Part shown: in pieces, positions 36,343 through 51,015 of the stretch
How the letters are laid out: every line of letters starts with the position of its first letter
How positions within the stretch are numbered: position 1 is the first letter of the stretch
NCBI RefSeq assembly: GCF_018350175.1
Contig: NC_058368.1
Span: 169,820,001-169,884,000, forward strand
From: Felis catus
Taxonomy: Eukaryota
Length of the DNA: 64,000 nt
Direction of reading: 5' to 3'
Position numbers and translations under genes: made by a program
The notes under the pieces: model-generated
Seen by the model: the letters and a program-made list of their open reading frames with translations, nothing else
The model's database searches: none
Told to the model about the DNA's origin: nothing

Positions 36343-38070
36343 AGATATACTTACTATGTCACAGGATCTGTGCTAAGTGCTTTATAGGTACTTTCATGCT
36401 CCATTATTATTAATGAGCCTGCCATCAGTTCATTGACTTTCAGCTCCTTGTGCAAATTCACACAGCTAGCAAGCAAGGACCCGGAATCTGAATCCAACCA
36501 GTAATGGATTCAGGGTCCATGCACCTAATCACTGTGATAAACTGCATTTTACATGTAAGCATAACAGATGTATTGTGTTTCATAGTTACCAATTGTGTGA
36601 TACAAAGCACCTTTTTTATTCTTCAGTTGGTGGTGACATAAGCCACTATATATGAATACTAGAACTCTGTGATTCTATAGCTTTCCACCCTATGTCATAT
36701 TTCATGCTGCTCACTCACTATGATTTCTCTGATTCTCTGTGTTTTCAATGGAAAGGTATTATTAAATCATTTAAAAATCTTTACTTAGATATCAGTCCCT
36801 CCCATCATGTTAATTTCTCCACCTAAGTCATCTTTGGTTTTATTATGTAAATATGTGTTTTGTGGGGAAGATTTCTGTGCACATAATTACCCAGTTACAG
36901 GTTGCATGTAACTTCCTGAGTGTTTCCTTGAACCGTACTGAGAATTAACCATATGGACCAGGTCACCATGGTAAGATCTTGGAACATAGATAACATGTTA
37001 GTTGTTACTTTCTGATACCTTAATATAATTTTGTGCCTAGTATAATGCTAAAAAAAAAAGTTAAATAAGTTAAATATTTAAAGGCATCGGAGTGAAAGGA
37101 TGGAAAGTGATTAATTAGAGATGATAGTTATTGGCAGGGGGTAGATGAACCCACTATTTACGAATGGATAATCTTGACTTCATCCTTAAACTTTCTGAAA
37201 TTGTTTACTTGAAAAGATAAAAACTCTGTGAGAATTTGAGCTTTCTCTGTGTCCTAATTCACATTGCTCTTTATGTTTGGTTTCTCTAAAACACTGAAGA
37301 AAATTTAAGGTAATAAATTGATAATCCCTCACACTCTCAGAAACATACAAACAAATGAAACAACAACAACAAAACAAGCGCACAGCACACAAAACAAAAC
37401 AAACAACAACGACAAAAAAAAACTCCACAAAAAAGTCAACGGTTTCAGTCCTATAATGTGAAGATTTGCATACCTCCTCTGGAAGCCTACAGGTTTTTTC
37501 CCCCCAGTCCAAACCAAAGTAATTTACTGGTTTGAAGAAAAATGAGGGAATTCTAAACTTTGCCACGGAAGACTGTGAATGAGTAAGCAGTGTTCCCCCT
37601 TGACAGCCAAGCACACACAATGAGTCTTCTAGCATGTTAGTTGGCTCTGGAACTCATTATTGTTGCCATCATTATATTTCCAATATGACAGCTTTAGTTT
37701 TCTGAAAAAGATTTAATTGGTTAAAAAAAATCCTCCTGTCCATTTCCCAGTGGCATGATGCCTGTTTTGTTCTGTCTCTCAGGGGGGAAGGATGAGTCAA
37801 AGCAAGCGTGCTCATGGAGACATTTTGAGGGCCCTGTGGAGTAGAGCCGCCCCTTTTGACCTTTCCGTTAGTCTTTTCATTTCTCAACAGAAAGGTTCCA
37901 CAGAGATAATGTGGGGAGTTTATGTGAACCAGAGCTGAGCTCCTGCACTGATTTCGTGTATGATTCAGAAACAGAATTCTATGGCAAATAGATTGTCTTT
38001 TTTTATAACATTTTTGAATATAATTTTAAAGATCTCTGGGTGCCTACATTTATTTTTTATTGTGTATCTA

Positions 38071-38106
38071 CATGGGTCCAAACATGGGTCCAAACGTGGG
38101 TCTAAA
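38071..38106. repeat. 3 x 12-bp tandem repeat catgggtccaaa
   Basis: Two perfect copies plus cgtgggtctaaa. Confidence 0.9.
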
Positions 38107-39859
38107 CATATGAAGTGTGTGTTATGCATTAGTTTATGCTTCTTTAAACACAAATGGTCTCTTGTGGGGTGCTGCTTTCCATCATGGGTTACCTGTGTAC
38201 TAGTTATTTTGATGTTTTTCCTTAACTGTGCCCAAAGGATATTACTTCTATCCATTTTCACATGAATAAACTCCTGTTAGTGACATGAGGGTTTTTTTTC
38301 CATTTTGTCTTCTTTCAGTTAATTTTAACTTCATTATTAAGATGAATTGTAATGATGTTTAAAACCCCAGAGGCAAACTGGCTTCATTTGATTTCTTCTG
38401 GTAGATGGAAAAAAAAAACTCTTAGCAGTTCCAATCTTCTGTGAAATGTGCCCTGTACTTTGTGCTTACATTTTTAATGTGCCTTTCAAAACAGAATTGA
38501 TTTGGTTCTTTCTTTTAAAATATAAAATAATAAATATTTTATAAGGGAAGGGATAGTTTTTTTTTCTTTTTTGGGGGTATGAGCAACTGAAACAGTAAAA
38601 ATAATGTCACCATAATAACCGCTTGAAAGCAAAGCAATACTGTTTTTTAATTAGTTTGAGCTTCCAAAAAACATACATGTCAAGATGGACATATTGACCT
38701 TGTTTGACCTATGTTATCCTCAGGAAGACAATTTTTTCTTGGCACTTCACAAGGTCTGTCCCCTGCTCAGGACTTCTGAAAAGGAAGTCCTTTTCAGACT
38801 TCCTTTCCCAGAGGAAAAGAAGAGATGCGAATAACAAATAATTTCTGGAATTCACTGAAATAAAAACCTACTATAGATGTATCAAGTGTCATGATTTCTG
38901 GTGGAATTTCAGGCACCCTGGTGAAAAAAAATGACACATTTTCATGACTTATGTAGCTTTTTGTATCATAAACTTTATTTTATGCGAAGAAGGGGGGCAT
39001 TTTTTTTTTTGCCAAGCTCCCTGTAGTCATCAGGATAGCCCCTATGTTACACAGTCCCTGTACTACATAGAACCTACCCTCTTCTGTTCATTTATGTAAA
39101 AAATATTCATTGAGTATCTTCTCTGTGTCTTGTTCTGTAGGAGCTAGAAACATAAATTAAACAGACCCTGCCCTCAAGGGACTTCAAGTCTAATAGGAGA
39201 GGTGGACAAATGCCTATCGTTTATACTCATGGAAAGCCAGGAAAAAAAGGAAGAAGAAGAAGAAGAGAAAGAAGTAAGTGCCATATGACAGGAATGTGAG
39301 TATTTATCGTAGGGTCTCTTGGGAGGGGAAACTGACTTAAAGACTGTTTCTTCTTTGCAGAAAGAATTAGTGCAGAATGAGGCAGCTTTTTACTTGGAAG
39401 CTATTTTTCTGTGATGGAGTTTAATCTCCCCTGAATTTGGGGGAACACAGGCATTTTCAGTTGCTACTTCTGCATCTTTTCTATCTTGTTAGGGCAGAGG
39501 CTTCTATGAACTGAAGGGGCCTCTCACCCACCCGTTTGGTAACAAACCTAAGCCTGCCTTGCCAGCCTAATTATTAGCAAATTGCTCTAGCTAGATCAAT
39601 GGGCATGCTTTCAAGTCTAATAAGAATGAAAAAAAAAAGTGTTCAAAGCTGAGATATTTTTAGTCCTACAGAGAGATTGATTTTCTATGAGATTCTGAAT
39701 TACCTTAAAAACTTCTTTTAAATTCTTACTGACATTTCTGGTTTGAGATTCATGATGATGAAAAGAATGTTTACTCGGATACTCCTCCTTCTCTAGCTAG
39801 TTTCTCATTTCTCTGGGTTGGGAATTCATTCATGCTTTCTCAGTAAATGTAACATCCTG

Positions 39860-40300
39860 ATGGTATCAGCTTCTGCTGTGTTTAAAATAAAAAGGTAACT
39901 CAGATGCTTAAAATAAAAAAAATTATTTATCATGATTCTGTAGGCTATCTAAATGTTCTGGGTTATGATGGATCAGCTGGGGCTAGCATGGTGCATTCTC
40001 ATGTTTGGAAACCCAGCGGAGAAAGCTGTGAGGGCTAGGATCTCTCCATGTAGCTTCTCATTATTTGGATATCTCCAGAAGAGTCCCAGAAGCAAGCAAG
40101 GAAGGATAGGCCCCGGTGTATACTCTTGAAATTTCTGCTTCTGGCAAGCTGACTCATGTCCCATCAACTAAAGTAAGTCTTGAGACCAAGCTCAGATTGT
40201 AGAGTTGAAGAAAAAGACTGCATTTCTTGATAGAAAAGATGGCAAAGTCACATTGCAAAAGGCAGTGTGTAGGAGTGCTAGGCAGTGTGTAGTGTGACTC
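39860..40300 (-). mobile_element. Old MaLR MLT1 LTR
   Basis: ttatttatcatgattctgtagg...aaagtaagtc...catttcttgatagaaaagatggcaaagtcacattgcaaaagg. Confidence 0.7.
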
Positions 40301-40565
40301 TAATTGCTACACGTTGCTACACCAGTTTATCCCTGAGAGGTTAGCAGCAGGTGAAATCCCAAGAGGAAGTCATTTGGGCATAAACAGCCTATAGTAGACC
40401 TTAAGGAGCTCCACCTGTGCATGGGCTTCCCTGCCTCTGGCGCTTGTTGCAAGCTTCATCCTCCTGCAAGTCCTTCCGTCTTCGAGGTTTTGGAAACCAC
40501 ACTAAACTACATGTTGACAGAGGCACTCGTCGCCAAGAGGGAGGCTCTAAAATGGGAGTGGAGCT

Positions 40566-41147
40566 TGTTAAAGAAGAAAAAATGGCACTGGACAAGATGA
40601 GCAGACAGAAGTTGATTTTATTTCCATACTATTGCCAGCAATAGGGCAGAGAGCCCAGAACAAGTCTGGATACTTAGCTTCATGGAAACAAAAGGCGGAG
40701 GGTTTTTAACTCTGAGAGTGAGCTAGTGGAAAAGTACTGGAGGATGTTAGGAGAGGAGGTTGGTCAATGGATGTGTTGAGCACATTTAGCTATTCCCGAA
40801 TTTGCAAATGCTTGTTTTCTGGGATTATGCCACTGGTGTTTGTTAACTGGCACCGTGGAAGTTAGACTCCTATTCTCTACAGAGACTGGGAGATATGGGT
40901 GCTATCTTCTCCAATGTTTACATTTCAAAAATGATTCCTAAGTCCTTGAGAAAAACATTTCCTAAACTGTAACACTGGCAAAGGCTGGGAGATTTAGATA
41001 TATTTCAAAGGGGCAGAGAAAGAGTTTACAATGGCAAGTTTTCTAAAATATGCTCTCTAAGAAAATGGAGGTCAGGGGCCTAGACTCAGAAATAAGCCTA
41101 TTTAAAGTATAGTCAAGCTCGGGGCATCATGAAGACCATCTTGATCA
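40566..41147 (-). mobile_element. Solo ERV1-type LTR (MER31/MER67-like)
   Basis: TG...CA termini (tgttaaagaa... ...ccatcttgatca). AATAAA on minus at ~40617-40622. No clean TSD. Confidence 0.6.
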
Positions 41148-41256
41148 TACTCTCCAGGAGCAAAACAACCTATTGCTTAACTTTGCACGGGGCTGCCTAG
41201 CACTAAATATCATCCTTGCCAATAACTGTCTGAGAAAATAGAACATTAAAAATATC

Positions 41257-41445
41257 TTTTTAATGTTTATTTATTTTGAGATGGAGAGCATGTGTCCACA
41301 TGTGAACAAGTGGGGGCGGGCAGAGAGAGAGGGAGAGAGAGAATCCCACGGAGCACAATGCAGGGCTCAATCACAAATCATGAGATCATGACCTGAGCAA
41401 AGGCTAAGAGTCATATGTTTAATTGACTAAGCCACCCAGGAGCCT
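41257..41445 (-). mobile_element. Can-SINE
   Basis: taatgtttatttattttgag...gactaagccacccaggagcc. Confidence 0.88.
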
Positions 41446-44400
41446 GAGAATAAAACTTTTTAACCAATTTCACAGTTTAATAAATGTTCAGAAAGTTTTT
41501 AAGGAATTTTAGGAAAAATCTAGTTTGTATGTATAATTCTTTTGTCTTCTATGTTATTTTCTAATGAGTAGTTGACATCATTGTTCTTTCTCTGTCAGTA
41601 TCTCTCACCTGAGTGTCCCTCTGGGTCCCTGCTATGGGGCTCTGACATAGTCATGCATCTATAGTGGTATCATTTACTGAAATCTCCATTAAAGGCCAGG
41701 TAGCAGTTAGGCCTTCTATAGAAGAAAGGAGACCTAGACATGTTAAATGACTTGCCCTAAGTTTCATAGATCAGTACAACAAAGATGGGTTTTGGACCAA
41801 ACTGCATCTGACTGAAATACCTAGGCTGTAAGCACTCCACAGACAAGCCAATCTCAGAGGTAAAGCTGGTCCTGGATTACTTTGCGATGTCTTAAATGTT
41901 CTTTAACTTCCTGTTTATTTCTCATTTTTCCCACATTACGGCATCTGTACTTCAAAAACAATTACCTTTGTCCCAGCTGGCCCTCTGGCTTATTAAAACC
42001 AATTGTCAGGGAAAGTCTTGATGTCTACCTTGCAAAGGCATTGGATTAAGCTATCCTTTTAATTGGGAAGTGAAATGTTGATATCCTGTGTAGGAAATTT
42101 TAATCACCAGTCCAGTGGGTGAGGGAAGCTTTGTTTTTGTTTGCTTTGTTTTTGTTTTTACTAGTGGAATGAGGAGACTGACCCTATCTCAGATGCCTGA
42201 AGACAGACCTCAGCATATCTAGCAATGTATAAATGTTAGCCTTAATAATCTGGGACAAGAACTTTGTTTGGAAACCTTCTCATGCTCTGAGAGGCTGCAT
42301 TTCTATCAGTAGAAGAATATCACTTTTTTGGACTTGCTTGAAGTGAGGAGATTTCTTAATTTTCTCAAGAGTAAAATGAATGTCTCAAGAGTACTGTTTT
42401 CTTCTGGTAGAAGCTGATATCTGCTCTAGTCTTAATGCTGTTAGTAACAGGGCTATTTTTAAAACCATTCCTGAAAAATAATGAGCCACCTGAACAGAAA
42501 CTCTCATAGAACATTCCTTCTTTCTCTTGGAAATTCTATTTTGGGTCATTCCTGTTTGGAACATACTACACAATTAATGGCTTTCTAGTTCCTGTGAGTA
42601 GTGGAAAGATTGATCAGTGAACAATGGATGTAAATATGACACTCGCCTATTTCAGGAATGGTGAAGCTCAGTTTTAATTTGATAGGACAGGGAGGGAAAC
42701 GAGGTCTTCTCTGTTTGGATGCCCCCATATTTTATTTCTAAAATAAATAACCTGTAAATAATTGGCCTAGAAATAGTATAATAAAATGGCTCAGTTTTAT
42801 ACGTGGTGATGTGTAGGAAGCAGTATAGAACTGGTGACTTTTTTCTAGTTTTTGGCAAAGCCTGTGGAGGCATCTCTGCCCAGGAGGTGGAGAAGTTGGT
42901 TCTGCCCCAATTATCCCAGTTGGCAAGTCTGGCCCATAGAGAGTGGCCAGATAATGAATGTGGACATTCCTCTTCTTGCTCAGATTGGGAAACCTGCTTT
43001 TCAATACCTTGTGGAAGGCAGAGGGTCGCTGACTCACTGCCACTTTGGACTCCCTGTTACCAGGAGTGTAACCCCAAATCAAAGACCCCAGCATAAGCAC
43101 TGTCAATCTGACATCTTCCCGGATTTAAAAAAAGAAAACAAAGACAAAAAAGAATATCCCTATTTGTAAAGATTCTGGTTGTAATGAGCTGCAAATCATT
43201 GGAGAGGTTTCCTTTGGGAACCTCAGAAGACAGAAAAGTTGCTCAGAAGATGCTATTTTTAGAGTTCCAAATAGGCTTATCTCAGCCAACATCTAGGCTG
43301 CAGTAACAGAATTGTGATTAGAAATGCTCCAGAGGAGGGAAAAAATGACATTCACTCATCTTTGGACACTTTAGTAGAACTCAAATTCTGTGTCTTGCAA
43401 GCTGCTGGGTCCTTTCTAAATGGCCTTTGTGAGGGTATCACCAGGCAAAGGGAAATGAGGCAGGCCCTCGTAAGTCATTATTTCTGGAAAATGTCTGTTC
43501 ACGTAATCCTGTTTGGTCAAGGTACATATCTCAGACTCACAGAACTCCATGGCAGGCAGGGCAATAAGGCGTTAACTCTTGGACAGGAGATTTGCTTCAT
43601 ACTTGATTTCTTCAAAATAGTGACTTATAGGGAGATGTTGCTGTGTCCAGTATGAATTAACTCTCGCTTTGGGTATGTGGAGGTATGGAAAGTGGTATGA
43701 AATTGTGCTCCAGAAAACCCCAGGCATACAGGCTGGGGCTAAGTATGTGACTTGAAGAGCAATGTATCCTTCTTATTAAGTTAGGAGAACCTCCCCAAGT
43801 CCCCAGCTTAATTGGTTTGTTGTTATATAGACCACCATAACAACAGGGGAGGGAGTTTCCCAGAAGAACCAAATATTTAACCTGCCAGCACATTTGTTTT
43901 ACATTAGCTACTAACATTTTTTTCCCCCATCTTACACAATCCATCTGAGTGAAGGAAATAACACTGTAATTGATGGGCTCAAAATTGTAATCAGGTCAAT
44001 AAACTACCAGATTTACAGGTACTGTATGTCAAACAGCCACATGCTAGGTAGATGGAGGGAGGGGAAACTTGTGTTTTTACTAACTACACATGCTATTTGA
44101 TGGTACGAAGAAGCAACCGCTGTAACCTGTTTTTCATTGCCCTTTATTGCATATAGTTTAATGTGTATGTCTTTTGCATTAATAGACAAAGATACCTGAC
44201 TGTATGTGGGCAGTTTATAGTAGGGATTAGAGGTAAAGTCTAAAGCATGGGATGTTAACTAGGTGTATGACCTAAAGGAAAAGGAAGCTCAGGAAGGAAA
44301 GAGTTCAGTTAGTTCAGTTTCAAGTTAAAGGAGAAATCATTTCTGAGGCAATGGCTGGTTGTAGCTGGCATCTCTTTGCTGGGATCTGTACAATAAGAAA

Positions 44401-44939
44401 AAACAGATGTGAAGAAGGATAAGGCTTCCTTCTGACCCCTGTCCTCCTGCCACACATGTATACATCCCCTGATGTGCAACTCCGGTGTTTCTACAATGGT
44501 AGAGATGATACACCTCCTTATCTAACATAATATTTAACCAAAGAAATGATATTATTTTGTAAGAGCAATTTTGTAAGCTATAGGCTACATGAGTCCCCAT
44601 GATCCCACTCTATTTTCTATCAAAGTAGGTATCTTTGGGAAAAATATACTAAGAAAATTGTGTTTTACATTTCTATGCAGACTTCTTAGTGACAGTTAAT
44701 TTTACCCATGTGACTTATTTGGTGAGTATTTTTTATATACATACAGTCTCAAAATGTGCTGGATTTAGCATGGCTGAGATAATATGACCTTCATCTCAAA
44801 AAAATAGATTTTCATCATGCAAAGCACTCTGTTGGTATTGATATTTTTTAAATCATGTTGATTACTTCAAGGACTCTGTATACGCTCTCTTTCAGATAAC
44901 TTTTTGTTTCTCTAACAGGAGGCTTATCTGTACTTTATA

Positions 44940-45770
44940 TCCATCTGTCAGATTTGCCTCCCCCAGTTCTTAGAAACAGGGGTCCTCTCCTTGTATCCCA
45001 GCTTACTTCTTCATCTGTTCCCTTAATTCCAATCTCCTTCCTCATCCAGACAGGTATGGTTCCATTTACCAACATTTCTCTCTCCTACATCAGTAATTTA
45101 TCTTCTATGCTGGCTCTTTTTTCCTCACTTTTTAAGAAATTCAAGTGTTTTCCATTTTCAAACTGCCCTGATTGACACTGTGTCTTCTATCTGACGTAGA
45201 CTCTCAACTCTTGTCTCATGTGAATGTCTTCTACTCTATCCTTACTCTTCTTTTTCTATAATATTAACTGTATTCCATTCCTTCATTTGCTGTTCATTCA
45301 TCAATTTACTGTGATTTGCTTTCAATCTCCCACATTTTGGAAACTGGTCTTAGAGACTTTTATTATCTAATTGTCAGTGGCGGTGAACATGTTCCAATTT
45401 GCAGCTTACAGGCTTCTCTTGTGAATACTTGGCTTGTCTGTGCTTGGTGTTGGTGACACCATCTCCCAGTTGGCCTCCCTGTCTGTGACCATTTATGCTC
45501 TTCCTCATTGTTGAAGTGTTGGTGAACCCCAGGTTCTGAATTTTGCCCACTGTCCTTTTTCTTTCACATACTCTCTTCCAGTGGTTCCCTTGAACTCCAG
45601 CTCTTCTCTTATTGCCTTCTAGTTTGTATGTGAGGTTATGTCTTTCTTCAGTTTTCTCCAGGTAAGCTTGTTGGACATTTGGGACATTCAGATGTTCCAA
45701 ACACTCGTCAAACTCATTACATTTCAAATTAAATTTATCAGTTCCCCCCACCACTAAAATTTAGACTCAC
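44940..45770 (+). mobile_element. L2 internal fragment
   Basis: Pyrimidine-rich diverged L2-like sequence (ttggtgacaccatctcccagttggcctcc; ttggacatttgggacattcagatg). Confidence 0.45.
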
Positions 45771-46042
45771 TCTCCCCCCCAAGATTTTTTTCAGAAATTC
45801 AAAAGTACCAAAATTTATAAAGAATAATTTCATAATTGCTACTGTACCTGAGTGACAGAAAGATACAGTATGGGACCTGGTTCGGGGACAGGACAGTGTT
45901 ACTCTGCTTTCAGCTTTATGTAAGAGGGCCAGATCTGGTTTTCTACTCTACCAAGGTAGGTATAGTAGATACTAACACCCTAGGCTCTGGATAGATACTA
46001 AAACCCTACAATTCCCCCCCCCCCCCACACACACACACTGCT

Positions 46043-46043
<1 letters not shown>

Positions 46044-46097
<54 letters not shown>

Positions 46098-46157
46098 CAG
46101 AAGGAGAGGGAAGGGGGAACGGGGTCAGAAGAAGATACAGAAAGAAAGAGAATCTTT
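46044..46157 (-). mobile_element. (GA)n tract, probable 3' half of a Can-SINE split by the adjacent L1
   Basis: (GA)n then purine-rich spacer ending aaagagaatcttt, which recurs as aaagaaaatcttt beyond the L1. Confidence 0.55.
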
Positions 46158-46164
46158 TCTTCCC

Positions 46165-49100
46165 TTGATTTTTTAAAAATTAATTTATTTAAATTACAGT
46201 TAGTTAACGTGCAGTGTAGTATTGTTTCCAGGAGTAGAACCAGTGGTTCATCACTTACATATAACACCCTGTGCTCATCCCAACAACTGCCCTCCTTAAT
46301 GCCCATCACCCATTTGGCCCATCCCCCACCTACCTCCCCTTTAGCAACCCCCAGCTTGTTCTCTGCATTTAAGAGTCTCTTATGGTTTGCCTCCCTTTCT
46401 GTTTTTGTCTTATTTTTGCTTCCCTTTCCCTATGTTCATCTGTTGTGTTTTTTTTTTCATTCCACATATGAGTCACATCATATATTTGTCTTTCTTTGAC
46501 TTACTTTGCTTAGCATAATACACTTTAGTTCCATCCACATTTTTGCAAATGGCAGTATTTCATTCTTTTTATTACCAAGTAATATTCCATTGTATATATA
46601 TATACCACATCTTCTTTATCCACTCATCAGTCGATGGACATTTGAGCTCTTTCCATAATTTTTCTATTGTTGATATGTAAATATCAGGGTGTATGTACCC
46701 CTTTAAATCAGCATTGTCATATCCTTTGGATAAATACCTAGTAGTACAATTGCTGGGTAATAGGGTAGTTTTCTTTTTAACTTTTTGAGGCAACTCTATA
46801 CTGTTTTCCAGAGTGGCTGCATCAGTTTGCATTCCTACCAACAGTACAAAAGTGTTCCTCTTTCTCTGCATCCTCACCAGTATCTGTTGTTCCCTGAGTT
46901 GTTCATTTTAGTCATTCTGACAGGTGTGAGGTGGTATCTCATTGTGGTTTTGATTTGTATTTCCCTGATGATGAGTGATGCTGAGCACCTTTTCATGTGT
47001 CTGTTAGCCATCTGGATGTCTTCTTTGGAAAAGTGTCTATTCATGTCTTCTATTTCTTCACAGGATTATTGTTTTTTGGGTTTTGAGTTTGATAGGTTCT
47101 TTATAGATTTTGGATACTAACACTTTATCTGCTATGTCAGTTGGAAATATCCTCTCCCATTCTGTCAGTTGCCTTTTAGTTTTTTGATTATTTACTTTGC
47201 TGTGCAGAAGCTTTTTATCTTGATGAAGTCCCAATAGTTCAATTTTGCTTTTATTTCCTTTGCCTCTGGAGACATATCAAGTACAAAGTTGCTGCGGCTG
47301 AGGTCAAAGAGGTTTCTGCCTGTGTTCTCCCTTAGGATTTTGATGATTTGTTGTTTAACATTTAGGTCTTTCATCCATTTTGAATTTATATTTGTGTATG
47401 TGGTAAGGAAGTGGTCCAATTCCATTCTTTGGCATGTTGCTGTCCAGTTTTTCCAGCACCATTTGCTGAAGAGGCTTTTTTCCATTGGATACTCTTTCCT
47501 CCTTCGTCAAAGCTTAGTTGGCCATACATTTGTGGGTCCATTCCTGGGTTCTCTGTTCTGTTCCATTGATTTATGTGCCTGTTTTTTGTGCCATTCCTAT
47601 ACTGTCTTGATGATTGCAGCTTTGTCGTACAGCTTAAAGTCTGGAATGGTGTTGCCTCAAAGTTTGGTTTTCTCTTTTAGCATTCCTTTGGTTATTTGGG
47701 GTCTTTTCATGTTCCAAACAAATTTTAGGATTGTTTGTTCAAGCTTTGTGAAGAATGCTGGTGTTATTTTGATAGGAATTGCATTGAATGTGTAGATTGC
47801 TTTGGATGGTATCAACATTTTAACAATATTTGTTCTTCTAATCTGTGAGCATAGAATATTTTTCCATTTCTTTGTGTCTTCTTCAGTTTCTTTAATAAGC
47901 TTTCTATAGTTTTCAGCATAAAGTTCTTTTACCGCTTTGGTTAGGCTTATTCCTAGATATCTTATGGTTTTGGGTGCAGTTGTAAATGGGATTGATTCCT
48001 TGATTTATCTTTCTGCTGCTTCATTATTGGTGTATAGAAATGCCACACATTCCTGTATTGATTTTATATCCTGTGACATTGCTGAATTCATGGATCAGTT
48101 CCAGCAGTTTTTTTGTGGAGTCTTTTAGGTTTTCCATGTAGAGTACCATGTCATCTCAAAGAGTGATTTTGACTTCTTTGCCAATTCATATGCCTTTTAT
48201 TTCTTTTTGCTGTCTGATTGCTGAGGCTAGGGCTTCCAGTTCTATGGTGAACAATAGTGGTAAGAATGGACATCCCTGTCATGTTTCTGATCTTAGGGGG
48301 AAAGCTGTCAGTTTTCCCCATTGAGGATGATATTAACTGTGGGCCTTTATTATATGGGTTTTATGATGTTGAGTTGTGTTCCTTCTATCCCTCCTTCCTT
48401 GATGGTTTATATCAAGAAAGTATGCTGTGTTTTGTCAAATGCTTTTTTTCTGCATCTATTGAAAGGATCATATGGTTCTTATCCTTTCTTTTATTAATGT
48501 GGTGTATCACATTGATTGATTTGCAAATACTGAACCAACCCTGCAACCCAGGAATGAATCCCACTTGATCATGGTGAATAATTCTTTAATATACTCTTGA
48601 ATTCAACTTGCTAGTATCTTCTTGAGAAGTTTTACATCCAGTTTCATCAGGGATATGGGCCTATAATTCTCCTTTTTAGTGGTGTCTTTGTCTGGTTTGG
48701 GAAGCAAGGTAATGCTGGCTTCATAAAATGAGTTTGGAAGGTTTCCTTCCATTTCTGTTTTTTGGAACAGTTTGAAGAGAATAGGCATTAACTCTTCTTT
48801 AAATGTCTCATTGAATTTCCCTGGTAATCCATCTGGCCCAGGACTCTTATTTGTTGGGAGATTTTTGATAACTCAATTTCTTTGCTGGTTATGGGACTGT
48901 TCAAAGTTTCTATTTCTTCTTGTTTGAGTTTTGATAGTTTGTGGTTGTCTAGGAATTTGTCCATTTCTTCCATATTGTCCAGTTTGTTGACATATAATTT
49001 TTCATTTATTCTCCAGTAATTGTTTGTATCTGGTATCAGTTGTGATCTCTTGTCTTTCATTTGTGATTTATCTATTTGGGTCTTCTCTTTCTTTGGTAAT

Positions 49101-51014
49101 TCTGACCAGGGGTTTATCAGTTTTGTTTATTCTTTCACAAACCAGCTTTTAGTTTCATTGATCTGTTCTACTGTTTTTTTAATTTGTTTCTATATCAATT
49201 ATTTCTGCTCTAATCTTTATTATTTCCCTCCTTCTGATGGCTTCACGCTTTCTTTGTTGCTCTGTTTCTAGCTCCTTTAGGTACAAAGTTATGTTATGTA
49301 TTTGGGATCTTCCTTGCTTCTTGAGATAGGCCTGAATTGCAATGTACTTTCCTCTTAGCACTGTCTTAGCTGTATCCCAATGGGTTTGGACTATCATGGT
49401 TTCATTTTCATTGGCTTCTTAATTTCCTGGTTAAACCATTCATTCTTTAGTCGGATGTTGTTTAACCTCCATGTCTTGAAGGCTTCCCAAATTTCTTCTT
49501 GTTGATTTCAGGTTTCATAGAGTTTTTATCTAAAAATATACATGATATAATTTTGATCTTTTTGTACGTATTAGGGCTGATTTGTGACCCAGTCTGTGAT
49601 TTATTCTGGAGAATGTAACATGTGCACATGAGAAGAATGTGTATTCTGCTGCTTTAGGATGAAATGTTCTGAATGTATCTGTTAAATCCATCTGGTCCAG
49701 TGTGTCATTCAAAGCCATTTTTCCTTATTGATTTTCCACTTATGTGATCTGTCCATTGTTGTAAGAGGGGCATTAAAGTCTCCTACTATTACAGTATTAT
49801 TATCAGTGAGTTTGCTTATGTTTGTGATTGTTTTATATATTTGGGTTCCTTCAAGTTGGGGGCATAAATGTTTATAATTGTTAGATCTTCTTGATGGATA
49901 GATCTCTTAATTATGATATAATGCGCTTCTTCATCTCTTGTTACAGTCTTTGTTTTAAAATATAGTTTGTCTGATACAAGTATGGCTACTCTGGCATTCT
50001 TTTGACCTCCATTAGCATCAGAGATGGTTCCCTATCCCCTCACTTTCAATCTGCAGGTGTTTTTAGGTCTAAAATGAGTTTCTTGTAGGCAGCATATAGA
50101 TAAGTCTTGTTTTTTTATCCATTCTGATACCCTATGTCTTTTGATTGGAATATTTAGTCCATTTACATTGAGTGATTATGGAAGGATATGAATTTAGAGC
50201 CATTGTGTTAACTGTAGAGTTGGTGTTTCTGGTGATGTTCTCTGGTCCTTTACAGTCTGTTTTGGTCCTCTTTTTTTTTTTTTTTCTCTCCAGTCAGTCC
50301 CCCTTAAAATTTCTTGTGGGGCTGGTTTAAAGGTCACAAACTCCTTTAGTTTTTGTTTTTCTGGGAAAGTCTTTATCTCTTTTTCTATTTTGAATGAAAA
50401 CTTTGAAGAATAAAGCATTCTTGGATACATATTTCTCCTATTCAGCACATTGAATATTTCCTGCCACTCCCTTCTGGCCTGCTAAGTTTTAGTGGAAAGG
50501 TCTGTTCCTAACCTTATGTGTCTACCCTTGTAGGTTAAGGACCTTTTCCTAGCTGCTTTCAGAATTCTCTCTTTATCTTTGTATTTTGTAAGTTTCACTA
50601 TGATATGTCATGGTGTTGACCTGCGTTTGTTGATTTTGAAGAGAGTTCTTTGTGCCTTGGAGGTCGATGCCTGTTTCCTTCCCCAGATTAGGGAAATTCT
50701 CAGCTATAATTTGTTCAAATAATACTTCTGCCTCCTTTTCTAGCTCTTCTTCTTCTGAGATTCCTATGATACAGATATTGTTTTGTTTCATGGAATCACT
50801 TAGTTCTCTAATTCTCCTCTTGTGATCTAGTAATTTCCTTTCCCTCTTTTTTTCAGCTTCACTATTTTCATAATTTTATCTTCTTTCTCATCTATTCTCT
50901 CCTCTGCTTCTTCCATACTTGTTGTCACTGTATCCAGTTTATTTTGCATCTCATTTATAGCATTTTTCAATTCATCCTGACTAGTTTGTAGGTCTTTGAT
51001 CTCTGAAGCAAGAG
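46165..51014 (-). mobile_element. Carnivore LINE-1, ~4.85 kb: 3' UTR, near-complete but disrupted ORF2, C-terminal part of ORF1
   Basis: Collinear minus-strand ORF2 peptides ([53 protein letters not shown]). ORF2 ATG at ~50203. ORF1 peptides (QIIAENFPNLGKE, YPRMLYSSKFSFKIE). Many stops and frameshifts. Confidence 0.96.
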
Positions 51015-51015
51015 T

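Noticed and set aside
37186..37635. 149-aa minus ORF, hydrophobic
   Set aside because: Driven by A/C-rich low-complexity sequence; non-ATG start; no recognisable domain.
33690..39370. Several isolated + strand polypyrimidine-AG acceptors (33709, 34035, 35938, 37890, 39360)
   Set aside because: No matching strong donor or coding frame identified; such motifs are frequent by chance.
42738..43944. Cluster of overlapping 95-122 aa ORFs
   Set aside because: Both strands, no homology recognised, no convincing exon structure.
47289..47795. Longest ORF (168 aa, +)
   Set aside because: Antisense reading of L1 ORF2; not a gene.
46460..50203. L1 ORF2 as an active retrotransposase
   Set aside because: Broken into many short ORFs; 5' UTR and ORF1 start missing.
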